Positions 14,201 to 24,649 of a DNA stretch of 64,000 nt are shown piece after piece (positions within the stretch are counted from its first letter, which is position 1; every line of letters begins with the position of its first letter). The stretch covers positions 50,902,001 through 50,966,000 of the forward strand of contig NC_134479.1 of the NCBI RefSeq assembly GCF_964194025.1, given 5' to 3'. This DNA is from Convolutriloba macropyga. Its lineage: Eukaryota. The translations under genes and the position numbers were made by a program. The notes below the pieces were generated by a model, which did not search any database, was not told the DNA's origin, and was given only the letters and a program-made list of their open reading frames with translations.

Positions 14201-14583
14201 TCCCTCAAAATCACAGCACACAGCGAAATGATGTATTCGCAACTGTCTCAGCAAACGGTTTTTTTAGGCAGTTCAAGGCCACAGGGAAGAAAGTTCGCCA
14301 AAAAAGATATAATACGGAATTTGTTTTTTTTTCAAGTTTAAGTCTAGAAATCATATTCGGTTGGATGGAAAATAGGCGCTTATAGTGTATAAATGTTCAA
14401 CAGACCACTGCCTAACCATGTTAGCAAAAAGGTTCCGAAATGTTGTTTTTCGCTGAGATCATATTTGGTTGTTTTGCGTGTAGCTCTTTTGAATGCATGT
14501 TTCTCGTGAGCTGCATTTCAGGATAATTTAGATGTGCCAGTTCCGAAAAATGCTCTCTGGGAGCTCAATGTAAGCGTCAGCCA
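8261..14583. repeat. Tandem array of five long units (1164, 1164, 1163, 1421, 1411 bp)
   Basis: Units start with TTGGA(A/T)GTTCTCAGAGCAC at 8261, 9425, 10589, 11752 and 13173. Units 4-5 carry an extra 250 bp or so (about 12275-12520). Short ORFs recur in the ORF track. Confidence 0.95.
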
Positions 14584-15708
14584 TGAGCACAATGACACCA
14601 TTTTTCGACGGTTATAAATGGTTGTTTCATAATTTGCATATGCGCGGATCGTGGTTCAGCTTCATTTTAGAAGTTCGCTCTAAGAATCCCGTTTGTACCA
14701 AACAAAATTGACTTTGCTATAACGACTGTTCAGTATTGATTTTGTAACGCGCTGCAAATTTGAAACATTTCTCAGGTTATAGAACACCCAGATAAACATT
14801 TTTTTCATGTGTGGCCGTAATGTAAACCGTTCGAAAGCATACATTTAATATTTAAATCATTTACTACGCATACCGTGAAAATCTTCATCTTTTTTGGGAT
14901 CTAAAAGATTTTCAACCCTTTTCCTCTCACTGTAATGTGATTTTCAGTTTTTGAGCAGACGATTGCAATTTTTAATCGTTAACCTGCCAGCTGAGTATTA
15001 TAACTGAAGAACTATAGGAGCGTCAACAGTTACTGCAAACCTTACGGAAAAAAACCAACGGCCTAGTATTGTCAACAGATTAATTCGTCAGTTGCTAGTC
15101 TGTAATCTGGAACAGACCTTGACATCCATGAAAGCGTACGAAGTATTGAATTTTCTGGTTCACTGCAGACCGGTTTATAATTTACTAGGATTTGCGTATA
15201 AATTCATTCTAGGGTTTGGCAGCAGGGAAACTTTCAACTCAGCAAATGTTGTGGAGCAGACTCAACCTTAATTTTTTTTAGATACATGGACCTGGGAACT
15301 GCCCGAACATCTGTTTATCACGCAAAATTTAGAAGCGAAGCATTTTATAGACCACTGCCTTGGCCCATTTAGTGGGTGTTTTTTTTTCTAAGAGTAACGA
15401 ATTTTCCACAGCAAATGAGAACAATTGCAAAACATTAGGTTTGTGCGAAAAATAGAGAATGATTTTTACAACGCTTTGCGGGTTCCCTTATGTTGCCATT
15501 TTGCAGTAAACATTTTTGCTTGAATCATTTTCTTTGCGACTGAGACGGTTGCATACTGAGTTCCTGCTTCAGATGATGTGCCCTTTATTAGGTGGTGCAC
15601 TTTTGCTTCATACTTTAAGCAATTATTTATGTCTGGTGGGTTGGTTGGCTTATGTGCACTGGTTGGCCGAACCCTATGCTTCCATGCAAGGGTATGAAAA
15701 GACCGTTA

Positions 15709-15994
15709 GTCTACTTATGAAAAGACTTTAGGTCGACCATTACTACACTCTAAATAATGTATAAGTAAATTTACTTGAACAGTGTGCAGGTAAAGCCATG
15801 TGCAGGTAAATTTTACCTGCACAATTTTCTCTGGAATTGCTTGCCTGCACATTATTTAGATAATTTACCTGCACTTTTTTGTGATTTTAATTTATCAATT
15901 TGAAGCAAAATTTTTACAAGAAAGGTCGACCGTGTATTTAAGGTAGGGAAATACCCCCCTAGGTCGACTCTATACGTCTTTTCATAAAGTCGAC
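15709..15994. mobile_element. MITE-like palindromic element with internal TGCAGGTAAA motifs
   Basis: GTCTACTTATGAAAAGACTTTAGGTCGACC (15709-15738) is inverted to GGTCGACTCTATACGTCTTTTCATAAAGTCGAC (15962-15994). Internal palindrome GTGCAGGTAAATTTTACCTGCAC. A related fragment lies at about 29800-29870. Confidence 0.6.
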
Positions 15995-16204
15995 CTCTCA
16001 TTTGGGTTGAAGTCATGAGCGAGTGTAACTTTTTCATACTGTGTGGTTGTATGTGTACTGTACTAATGAAAAGTGAAGATCTTTGGGGTTTTCGCTATCT
16101 GGCAATTTCACCAGTATAAAGCTGTCAGGATTGTCCAAATGGGCACGCACTAACGCGCGTGTGTGCGCGGCCAAATTCTACCTGAAACAAAAAACAATCC
16201 TCAA

Positions 16205-16660
16205 CACCCGAACCAAGTTGTCACCGGGTTGAGAAAAAGCGACAAAATCGACGCAAGAAGCGTCGTTTTGTGTCGAATTTTGTCGATTTCGACGGCTTTT
16301 TTAATGTAGGAAATATCGCTAACCGTCGTTTTTGTCAGTTTTGTCGATTTTTGATGGAACAAGGGTCCATTATTGTCGTTTTTTGTTGGTACTGTCAGTC
16401 TCAATTTGGTTTAAATACAAAAGAAGTAGAGTTAAGTAAAGTGACTGGTGGCGCAGTGGAGGAGAAGGTGAAAAGTAATTTGGGGGTCGCAGGTTCGAAT
16501 CCTTCAAGCTACTGTCATCTTGGTAAGACTTAGTACGGAAAAGACCGACGATTCCCACGTTTAAATACCGGCGAAAACCGATCAAAACAACGAAAAAACG
16601 TCAAAATTGGCGAAGTACAACCGACAAAAACCGACGATTCCTTATGTTTGAATCCAACGA
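16205..16660. mobile_element. MITE-like element with GTCG-rich left arm, CGAC-rich right arm and a central tRNA-derived cassette
   Basis: cgtcgtttttgtc on the left vs gacaaaaaccgacg on the right. A/B boxes sit in the middle. Ends are uncertain. Confidence 0.5.
16443..16510 (+). promoter_or_regulatory. tRNA-derived Pol III A box / B box cassette (not an intact tRNA)
   Basis: A box TGGCGCAGTGG at 16449-16459 and B box GGTTCGAATCC at 16492-16502, at tRNA-like spacing. No acceptor or anticodon stem can be folded. Confidence 0.7.
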
Positions 16661-17004
16661 AATTCTCTTTACGTGTTACTCGGCCAGCTTGCGTCACTTA
16701 GAAACTCTGTTCAACGCTCGTACTTGCTCCTGAGCTGTGAAAAATTCCCAACGCGTCCAATTTAATATTTTTCGCAATAAGGCCAACTTAAAAATAAAGT
16801 TTTGGTAAACGAATTTTCCATAAGATTTCTACGTGATATGCGGTTTTTTTCGCTACGTATTAGTTTTATTCAATCCTCCTACAATTATATTTATCAGAAA
16901 TAGCTGCTGAAGTTGTGGTATTTTCATACTTTTTTAAGTTAAAGATAAAATAACCTTGCCAAATTTTTTTTTACGAAAAATTATTTTCTGTGTAGTTTAA
17001 TTTG

Positions 17005-17189
17005 TGCTAGAACGCGCTGAAATTTTGTAAGATTGCGCTGAATTTTCATCGCAATTTTTACAAAGTTTCAGAGCATTTCAGCACATTTCAGCGCATTATT
17101 ACGTAAGGTTTTTGCGATGAATTTTTGAAAAAGAAGCGCATTTCAGCGCATTTCTTACATAAATTTCGGAAAATTTCTCGACACGGGTG
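17005..17189. repeat. Cluster of GCGCTGAAA / TTTCAGCGC motifs in inverted arrangement (MITE subterminal-like)
   Basis: gcgctgaa twice, followed by five catttcagcgca-like motifs, ending in cacgggtg. Confidence 0.5.
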
Positions 17190-17268
17190 GGCTAGTTTCC
17201 TTGCTGACTTTTTGTAAATGACATTGATTTCATATTAATCAAGTTATTGTACTTGGTATTATCATAAA

Positions 17269-20200
17269 AAATGTTCTTTCTATTGCTCGTTAGAAAAAAC
17301 TAAAAGCCAGTCCATTTGGTCTTGCGACTTTCGCGAGAATCCAGAACGGCAAACCCTTATTCAAATCAGTTACTATAAACAGCTACTGCGACTTCCGCAG
17401 TCTGCTAGTATTTTTTTTCAAAAAAAAAAGAAATAACCAGATTTTTTCATTGAAACGCAAGGATTTTTTTCTTTTTTTTTTCTTTTTTCATTTTTTTTTA
17501 TTTCAGTTTTATTTAGAGATTCGGATGTTGCGACTTACGCAATTTCTGACATCCTTTTGTGATAAGACGAAATGTCGAAAAGTAAACTTATTAAGTGAAA
17601 TGATAACAAACCTTAAAAATTGAAGAACGTAAATCTTCATCAAATCTCAGCGCGCGAAGATTCTTAATGCTCATGGAGTTTACAATTTTTCTTCAAAATG
17701 TACGATCGATACACAAAAAGTTTGAACTGCTAAAAGTTTTGATTGAAAGTGTACAATCCAAACCTACTGTTATAGCTCTCACTGAAACATGGTGCAAAGA
17801 AAATTGTTCACCAAATGCATACAATTTAAATGGGTATGGAAAATTGCTTCGATGTGACAGAGAAACGAGAGGAGGGGGTGTAGCTCTTTATGTTGGTAAT
17901 AAGTTTGAAAGTAACGAAGTAAAGAAAACAACAAACAAACATGTACAAGTTTTGACCACGCAATTGCACTCAGAGAAAGAGAGATTTTATGTGACTGTAC
18001 TGTATAAGGTACCCAATTACGCAATTGCAATTTTGTAGAAGTACTAGATACTCATTTTACTGATCTAAATACTCTTGATTATACACACATAGTTTGTGGT
18101 TATTTTAACGTAGACATGTTAATATCAAGTCGAAACGCTGAAAAAGTTTGCGATTATTTTCGTTTACTAGGTCTGGAACTTTGTTTTAATCAGGGTTTTT
18201 GTACTCGTGAAACCAGACAATCTAAAACAGCAATTGACTTGTTTTTTTCAAACATTGAAAGTGAAAATAAAATTATCAAAAGCGACTTAACTGACCACTA
18301 TACTGTTATCTTTACTTCTCAAAAATTGTTTTTGAAAGTAAATAAAGAAAAAACCTTCGTTTTGAATCAGCTACACAAACTGTCTGACGAGGAAGTTAGA
18401 ATAGATGCCAATTTTGAAGTTTTCAAAAACTGCAGAAAAATCAAAAATGATTTGGAATTTGTAGCAATTGATGAGAGTTTTTCTTTAATTCAAGAAATTG
18501 TTTATGAAGCGAAAGAAAAAACTATTCCCGCTAAGGAAGTAACCGCTAACAATTTTAAAAGGATAAACAATGGGTCAACAATCATGTGAAGAATTTAGCT
18601 ACAAAGAAACGTAAACTTTGGCAGAAATACATTGCAACAGGCAGAGCGGAAGTGAAAGAACAACATCGTGTGCTGAGTAATAGACTTAAAGCTCTATGCA
18701 GGTTGCATAAAACAAACTTTTTGAGCAAAAAGTAAGCAGTCAGAAAAACTCGTAAAAACTTTTTACCTTTGTGAAAGATATCAAAGAAGAAAAACAAAAC
18801 CATTTTTGCCAGGTTGATGCGGATAAGTTGAATTATTTTTTTGTTACTATTGGCAGAGAATCAGAAAAACGTCACACAGAAGTTGATTACCTGAAGACAG
18901 TGAAAACCATTCAAAGCAGTATAGTTCTCGAAAAGACGTCAAGCACAGAAGTTTTCAAAATCATTAAAAATTTGAAAAGCAAAAAATCAACTGATTGCTA
19001 CAAATTAAGTAATGTTCTCCTAAAGTCAGTAAATCATGCAGTTTGTGAACCACTAACAATTTTATTCAACAGATGCTTACAACAGCAATATTTTCCAAAA
19101 TGCTTAAAAGTAGCAATAGTTTTCCCTCTCTACAAAACCAAAGGCAACAAATTGGATCCATCGAACTATAGACCTATATCACTAATGCCAGTCTTCGGGA
19201 AAATTCTTGAAAAACTATTATACAGAAGATTTATTGGTTTTCTTATAAAATATGACGTTTTATCAAAAGAAAAATTTGGGTTTCAATCAAAGAAAAGTAC
19301 AATTGATGCTGTAATGGAAGTTGTTGAATATTTAAGGAATAACATGAATAAACAAGAACCGACGTGCTGTGCTTTCATTGATCTGACAAAGGCTTTTGAT
19401 AGAGTGAATCACAGTTACCTACTAACCAAATGTTACAAATATGGATTGCGCGGACCTGCTCACAACATTTTGAAGTCTTTTCTAGAATATAGGAAACAAT
19501 ATGTTGAAATTGGAAATAAGAAATCGGATAAACTACTGGTAAACTGTGGCGTCCCACAAGGCTCAGTACTGGGTCCTCTACTGTTTTTGATATATATTAA
19601 CGACCTTCCATCAGTTTGCAATGATAACAAAGTAACCTTATTTGCTGATGACACTAACATTTATGGATCGCTAAAAAATGGAAACGAAAACTACAAAAAC
19701 TGCCTAACAAGAGTTTTTGAATGGATGACAGCAAACAAATTAACAATTAATGATGAAAAATCGTCTTTAATGATGACCAATGAAAAGAACACATGTGATC
19801 ATCTAGAAATACTTAACCACAAATTGAAGATTAGTGAAAATTTGAAATATTTAGGGGTTTATTTAGACAACCAGCTAAACTTTAAGGAACACATAAAACA
19901 AGTTAAGATCAAATTAACTCAAGTCTCAGCTGCTATGTTCCAATTCAAAAAATTTTTTCGACGACCAACACTTGTGAAGTTATATAAAACTTATGTCCAG
20001 CCCATTGTGCAATATGGTGTCTTAGTTTACGGCTGTGGCAACAAGACAATTGATTGGGCACAAAACAGGATTATGTGGCACAAGAAAATTGATTGGGCAC
20101 AAAGCAGGATATTAGGGTTAATTTTCTCATTTAAAAAGGGGGTTGATTTGTCAGAAATTAGGCAGAACTTCAAAATCTTCTCAGCTTTTGAGCTCCATGT

Positions 20201-20755
20201 ATATGAGCTATTGAAACAACTAGTAAAAACATAAGTATGTCAGAAGCAAAAAATTTAAAAACGCGAATAATATCGGATAACGAATTGAATGCAGTACTTT
20301 CAACAGAACATAGAATTAAGAAATTGAAAACAATTAACAAAAACACTACACATGTAAGAAAATCAATAACTGAACGTGTAAGAAATCTTTTCAACATAAT
20401 CGCAAGACTTGATTTTTCATTTATTCAAGAAATTGTAAATTTAAAAACAGAAGGAACGGAATGTTTCTTACATATGTTTCGAGATAATTATATTTTACTA
20501 AATAAAGAATTATTTAATGCATTTTGGTGAAAAAAAATAGGCTTAGTTGACAATTCCTATATATATTAAAACTTGAATATGAAGTCAGTCTTTACACTAG
20601 CTAGTTCATATTTTGCTCTGGAGGCACCACTTGACAGGCCAACGGCCTTTTTGGTGCTCTCTCTCTCGAATGATCACAATTTGTTGTTACGAAAGAAGTT
20701 GTTTTGTAAAATGTCTGTATTTGATCATTCAGAAAAATTCATTATTATTATTATT
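17269..20755 (+). mobile_element. Non-LTR retrotransposon (LINE), CR1/L2 group, (ATT)n tail, no ORF1 visible
   Basis: APE endonuclease plus RT ORF2. (ATT)5 tail at 20741-20755. Flanks ...GGTATTATCATAAA (to 17268) and GTCAAAGTCTC (from 20761) rejoin to match the uninterrupted copy at 21042-21066. Confidence 0.93.
17667..20530 (+). pseudogene. LINE ORF2 (APE endonuclease + reverse transcriptase), disrupted
   Basis: EN motifs QNVRS, ALTETW, RGGGVALYV, TAIDLFF, LTDH. RT motifs NYRPISL, FIDLTKAFDRV, GVPQGSVLGPLLFLIYINDL, LFADDT, KYLGV. Frameshifts near 18030, 18560 and 20234, an in-frame TAA near 18733, and a duplication of about 39 bp at 20034-20110. Confidence 0.93.
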
Positions 20756-20760
20756 ATAAA

Positions 20761-20987
20761 GTCAAAGTCTCAACTAGGAAACGACATTGCCCTGTTGAAA
20801 TTATCAAGGAAGCCAAGCTTCTTATTAAACGAAAAGAACCCTATCCTTCCGCTGTGCGAGCACGACTATGATGACTATCAGCTGGCCGTATGTGGAATGG
20901 GTGCTGTTAATAGAACTACATGGGAAGACGCTGTTGTTCTGCAAGAGTTAAAAGTTGATTCTTTATCTCAAGAAGAATGCCCATCCA
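20761..20987 (+). CDS. Trypsin-family (S1A) protease exon, copy A (catalytic Asp102 region); functional status uncertain
   Basis: SKSQLGNDIALLKLS...PILPLC...VCGMG...LQELKV...CPS with phase-1 donor A|GTTAGT. The LINE is inserted immediately 5' of it. The acceptor position is uncertain. Confidence 0.6.
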
Positions 20988-21056
20988 GTTAGTACAATTT
21001 TATTGTTTAGTAACTTTTATATTACTCAAGTTATTGTACTTGGTATTATCATAAAG

Positions 21057-21282
21057 TCAAAGTCTCAACTAGGAAACGATATTGCCCTGTTGAAATTATC
21101 AAGGAAGCCAAGCATTTTGTTTAAAGAAAAAGATCCCATTCTTCCATTATGCGAGCACGACTATGATGAAAATCAGCTGGCCGTATGTGGAATGGGTGCT
21201 GTTAATAGAACTACATGGGAAAAAGCTGACGTTCTGCAAGAAATAAAAGTTGATTCTTTGTCTCAAGAAAAATGCCCGTCCA
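21057..21282 (+). CDS. Trypsin-family (S1A) protease exon, copy B (catalytic Asp102 region)
   Basis: NDIALLKLS motif. Phase-1 donor A|GTTAGT at 21282/21283 matches the phase of the next exon. The 5' boundary could be the AG ending at 21030, 21056 or 21072. Confidence 0.8.
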
Positions 21283-23146
21283 GTTAGTACAATTTTATTG
21301 TCTATGGTAGCTTTTGGGGTGCAATAAGACTTTTTTGAGTATTGGGATAAAAGTTTTTTTAGTTAGTGAATGCAGAGCAAGTTATACTAAATGGCATTAA
21401 CAAAAACGTGACTACATATATCATGAAAAAATAAAACGGTTTTCCAATTTAGGTCTTTCAACCTAGAGTTAGTGTTGATCAGACATCAGAAAAAAATGAA
21501 CAATTACCAAACTGAATATTGAAAAAAGAGCGATTTAGGCATGCATTTAATTTGTGGCATCAAACGTGTTTTTTCAGTTTTGCATTTTTAAAGCTGATCA
21601 ATGAGTTTTTAGAAAGAAAAATATACGACAAAAAATTTCATCAGGGAAAAGAATGTTATAATTTCTATTCTCTGGTAAAGCATTTTAAAATGCCAGTTTG
21701 CTAAAAAACCAAAAAACCCTGCACTAAAACAACACACATATTCTTACTCTAATAAAAAGTTGAACGTTATTCGACTAACTCTCAAATTTATTGGTTTGCA
21801 TTGTGTCAATGTTAGAACCTAATTTTGATAAATTTCAACCACCAGAATTTAGGATTGAGACGTGAAAAATTAAGACGAGCATTTAAAAAATTCTGCTCTT
21901 TGTGGAAGCTCATTAAAAACATTCCACCTGCAGCTTGATTTCTGTCCTTTCTTCATTGCTTTGTTTTGTTGACAATCTTAATGAATAAATTTTGTCTCAA
22001 CAATTATTACAAAATATAATTGATTAATTAGTTGAGTGGACCCATAGACAGACTGAACTAGAGTACATTGCAAACAAATGCAATCTGTTTCTAGAGTTCT
22101 GTTCCTGTTCTTTTTTACAATCAAAGAATTAGATTATTTTCGTTGCTGTATTCTTAAGATCTAAAGTTTTGATTGTTTTTCGAGTTTAGATTGTATTGGG
22201 GTTCTGTTTTTCCTTACGACTCGAAGAGGAGTATTCTATAAGTCATTTTTCCATCAGTTTTATTGGAGTGATCTTTAAAGCAGGAAAACACATACGTGAA
22301 AAAAATAGAGTGGTCTGTTGCTGAATAAAAGGAAGAGTAGATTATAAAAAGATTGATTCTTTGTTGATACCACGGTTGTGGGGAAAGCAAAAAAATTGAG
22401 GTGTAAAAAAATTTTGAAAGAGCGTTTTTTGTTCACAAGCGTTTTTTAAAATTTTTTGCGTAATTCGTTTTTATTTTCAATATGATAGTTGAGTATGTAT
22501 AGATTTAACTTGTTAAATGTTGAATGTTTTCTTTTTGTTTATTTCTGTTTTAAGCTACTTTTTAGCTTTTTTAGCCATTTTGATGATTTTAGGCGAATTT
22601 TTGCGATTTTTAGCCTATTGTTTTGTTTTACTAATTTAAGTGGGATTTGAAAAAGAAGCCGATCACTTAAGGAGTGTTTAGGTACCAAGTGGTTACAGTT
22701 TTGTTTGTATAAAACATTTTTTGTCGATAGATAAGAAAAAAAATGAGAAGTTAATGAAATTTTCCTAATTTTTTGCAGGTCTCTGTTTTTTAATAATGAC
22801 AAGTGTTTTTCCATATATATTTTCTTCATGTTGTTTTAAAGAGTTTTTTTAAAGAATTGACTGCGAATTTGATGTTAATTCTCCTGAGTGGTTTTGTTTT
22901 CTAAAGTTGTTTGGTGGTTTAATATTTTTTGGCAGTAAAGGCCCTCCCAATTTTTTTCTGGAATTCGTCCGGCTAGATTTTCCGAAAAGATCTGATCACA
23001 TAATCATAAATTTTCTGAAATTTTATTGGAGAAGTGACATTTGTCACGCCGTAACAGGGAGTGGAGCAAAAAATGAGTAGTTTTATGGCTTGAATTGCGT
23101 GGAAGTGTACTGCCATTTATTAACAACCATTTTTTATCACCAACCA

Positions 23147-23587
23147 CCCTAGTTTAAAACCAACGCCAAATTTGCAAACATTTGCAAATTTTTGCTCGAT
23201 AAAGCCAAATTTGTAATAATTTGCAATTTATCTCTTCGCAAGGTCAAATTTTTCAAAATTTTGCAAAATAATGTTAAGTTTGCAAAAGTTTGCAAGGTAT
23301 CGATCGTACTGTTCGTACCGTTCGAGCTCTTCTTAATTTAGCAATGTGGATTGTTTTCCTAACCATTTCTCTGAGAATGCATAATCCGATTTAAAAATGT
23401 TTTAAATACACCTTGGAAACGATATTTGTGGTCAAATAGCCCTACATGGCCAACTGTTAACAATTAGAGACAAAAATATTCACACTTCACTTGTTTGCAA
23501 ATATTCATAAAATTAATGCTTTCTTTTACAAGTTTTTCAAAACTCTTTATAAATAGTCGCAAATTTGACATTAAGCTGAAACTAGGG
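23147..23587. mobile_element. MITE with 29-bp TIRs and internal TTTGCAAA repeats
   Basis: CCCTAGTTTAAAACCAACGCCAAATTTGC vs the reverse complement of the right end, CCCTAGTTTCAGCTTAATGTCAAATTTGC. CA dinucleotide on both sides. It ends 37 nt before the GDSG exon. Confidence 0.75.
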
Positions 23588-23624
23588 CATTTTGGAAGGT
23601 ATTTATCTCATTGTTTTGTTTCAG

Positions 23625-23714
23625 ACATGTCCGATGCTGATGGCAGCATTGGAAGCGTAATTTGTGTAATGGCTTCTAACGAGGTGGCTGGTGACGTTTG
23701 CGCGGGGGACTCTG
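23625..23714 (+). CDS. Trypsin-family protease exon with catalytic Ser195 (VICVMASNEVAGDVCAGDSG)
   Basis: Acceptor ttgttttgtttcag|AC, donor TCTG|gtaaat. 90 nt, phase 1-1. In frame with both neighbouring exons. Confidence 0.92.
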
Positions 23715-24649
23715 GTAAATGCACTTTCCAAAAATAATTTCAACAAACTGATTATAAACTATTTTTTTAATGCCTCATCATACTATCATCAATGGATAGA
23801 AAACTTGAGACAAATTATTTAAAAAAATAGTTAAGAAAGCAGTATTGTGTCAAACATAATGCATAGATTTTGATGAAAAAAAACTGTCCGATAACACAAC
23901 TATTCAATAATTAAACTGTCAAAAAGTTCATGCTTCGATATAAGAGAAAAGTACGTGCTTCTGTAAAAAAATTGATAATATAGAATTCTGTTTTTTTGAG
24001 GTATCGAGTAGAGTAAGTGTTTGATTGAAGCCCAAGATGATTTTATTCCAATAATTGCGATAGTCAAAAACAAGCAAATTATTGGAAAGAAAACAAGCAA
24101 ACAAGGAAAATTTTTGAGTGATTGGTAAGTTTATCAGTTGGTAGTCATTCTTGGACAATTTGTCAAGTACATTTGTAAAAAATAAAATTCATTGGATAAT
24201 TTTGTGACATTTTCTGATAAAAAAACGCAGTCATTTTGGCTTATTTTTGCTCTGTTTGAACGTTCATTTCTGACTGCCTGATCAAAAGAATCGGGCTGTG
24301 AGAACTGCTTAAATACGGCTGGAAAAACTGCGAATAAAAATTGAATTCCTTATAAGCATCATAAGCAGGAAAAAATTGTAAGAGAAATCTTTTTCCACTA
24401 AAAAGGTGACAAACAACGGCAGGTTTTGGTTCCCTTTGGAACTGCTTTCAGGCCGTATGCAGAAGCAGAAGTTGTATATTTGGTTAGGAGAAAAACGTTT
24501 CCTGTTAAAAGATCTTTTTTCCTATTGTTTTTACATGAACGAACTATGAAATTCAGTTTTATTTACCACTAGTCAGTATTTAAGCAACCATCCATATCCT
24601 GAATTAATGAAATTACCTTCAAAAGAAGGTCACTAAAAATTTCAGCTTA

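Noticed and set aside
16443-16510. Possible tRNA gene, or a PBS (TGGCGCAGT matches the LTR PBS start)
   Set aside because: No cloverleaf. The match is the generic A box and no LTR is adjacent.
1-17230. Searched for the upstream protease exons (IVGG / TAAHC)
   Set aside because: No convincing His57 exon found by eye. It probably lies left of the window, but a short exon could have been missed.
20573-20760. Apparent N-terminal extension (MNMKSVF...IIIIII) of protease ORF 20573-20992
   Set aside because: It is the LINE 3' UTR and (ATT)n tail read in frame by chance, not a signal peptide.
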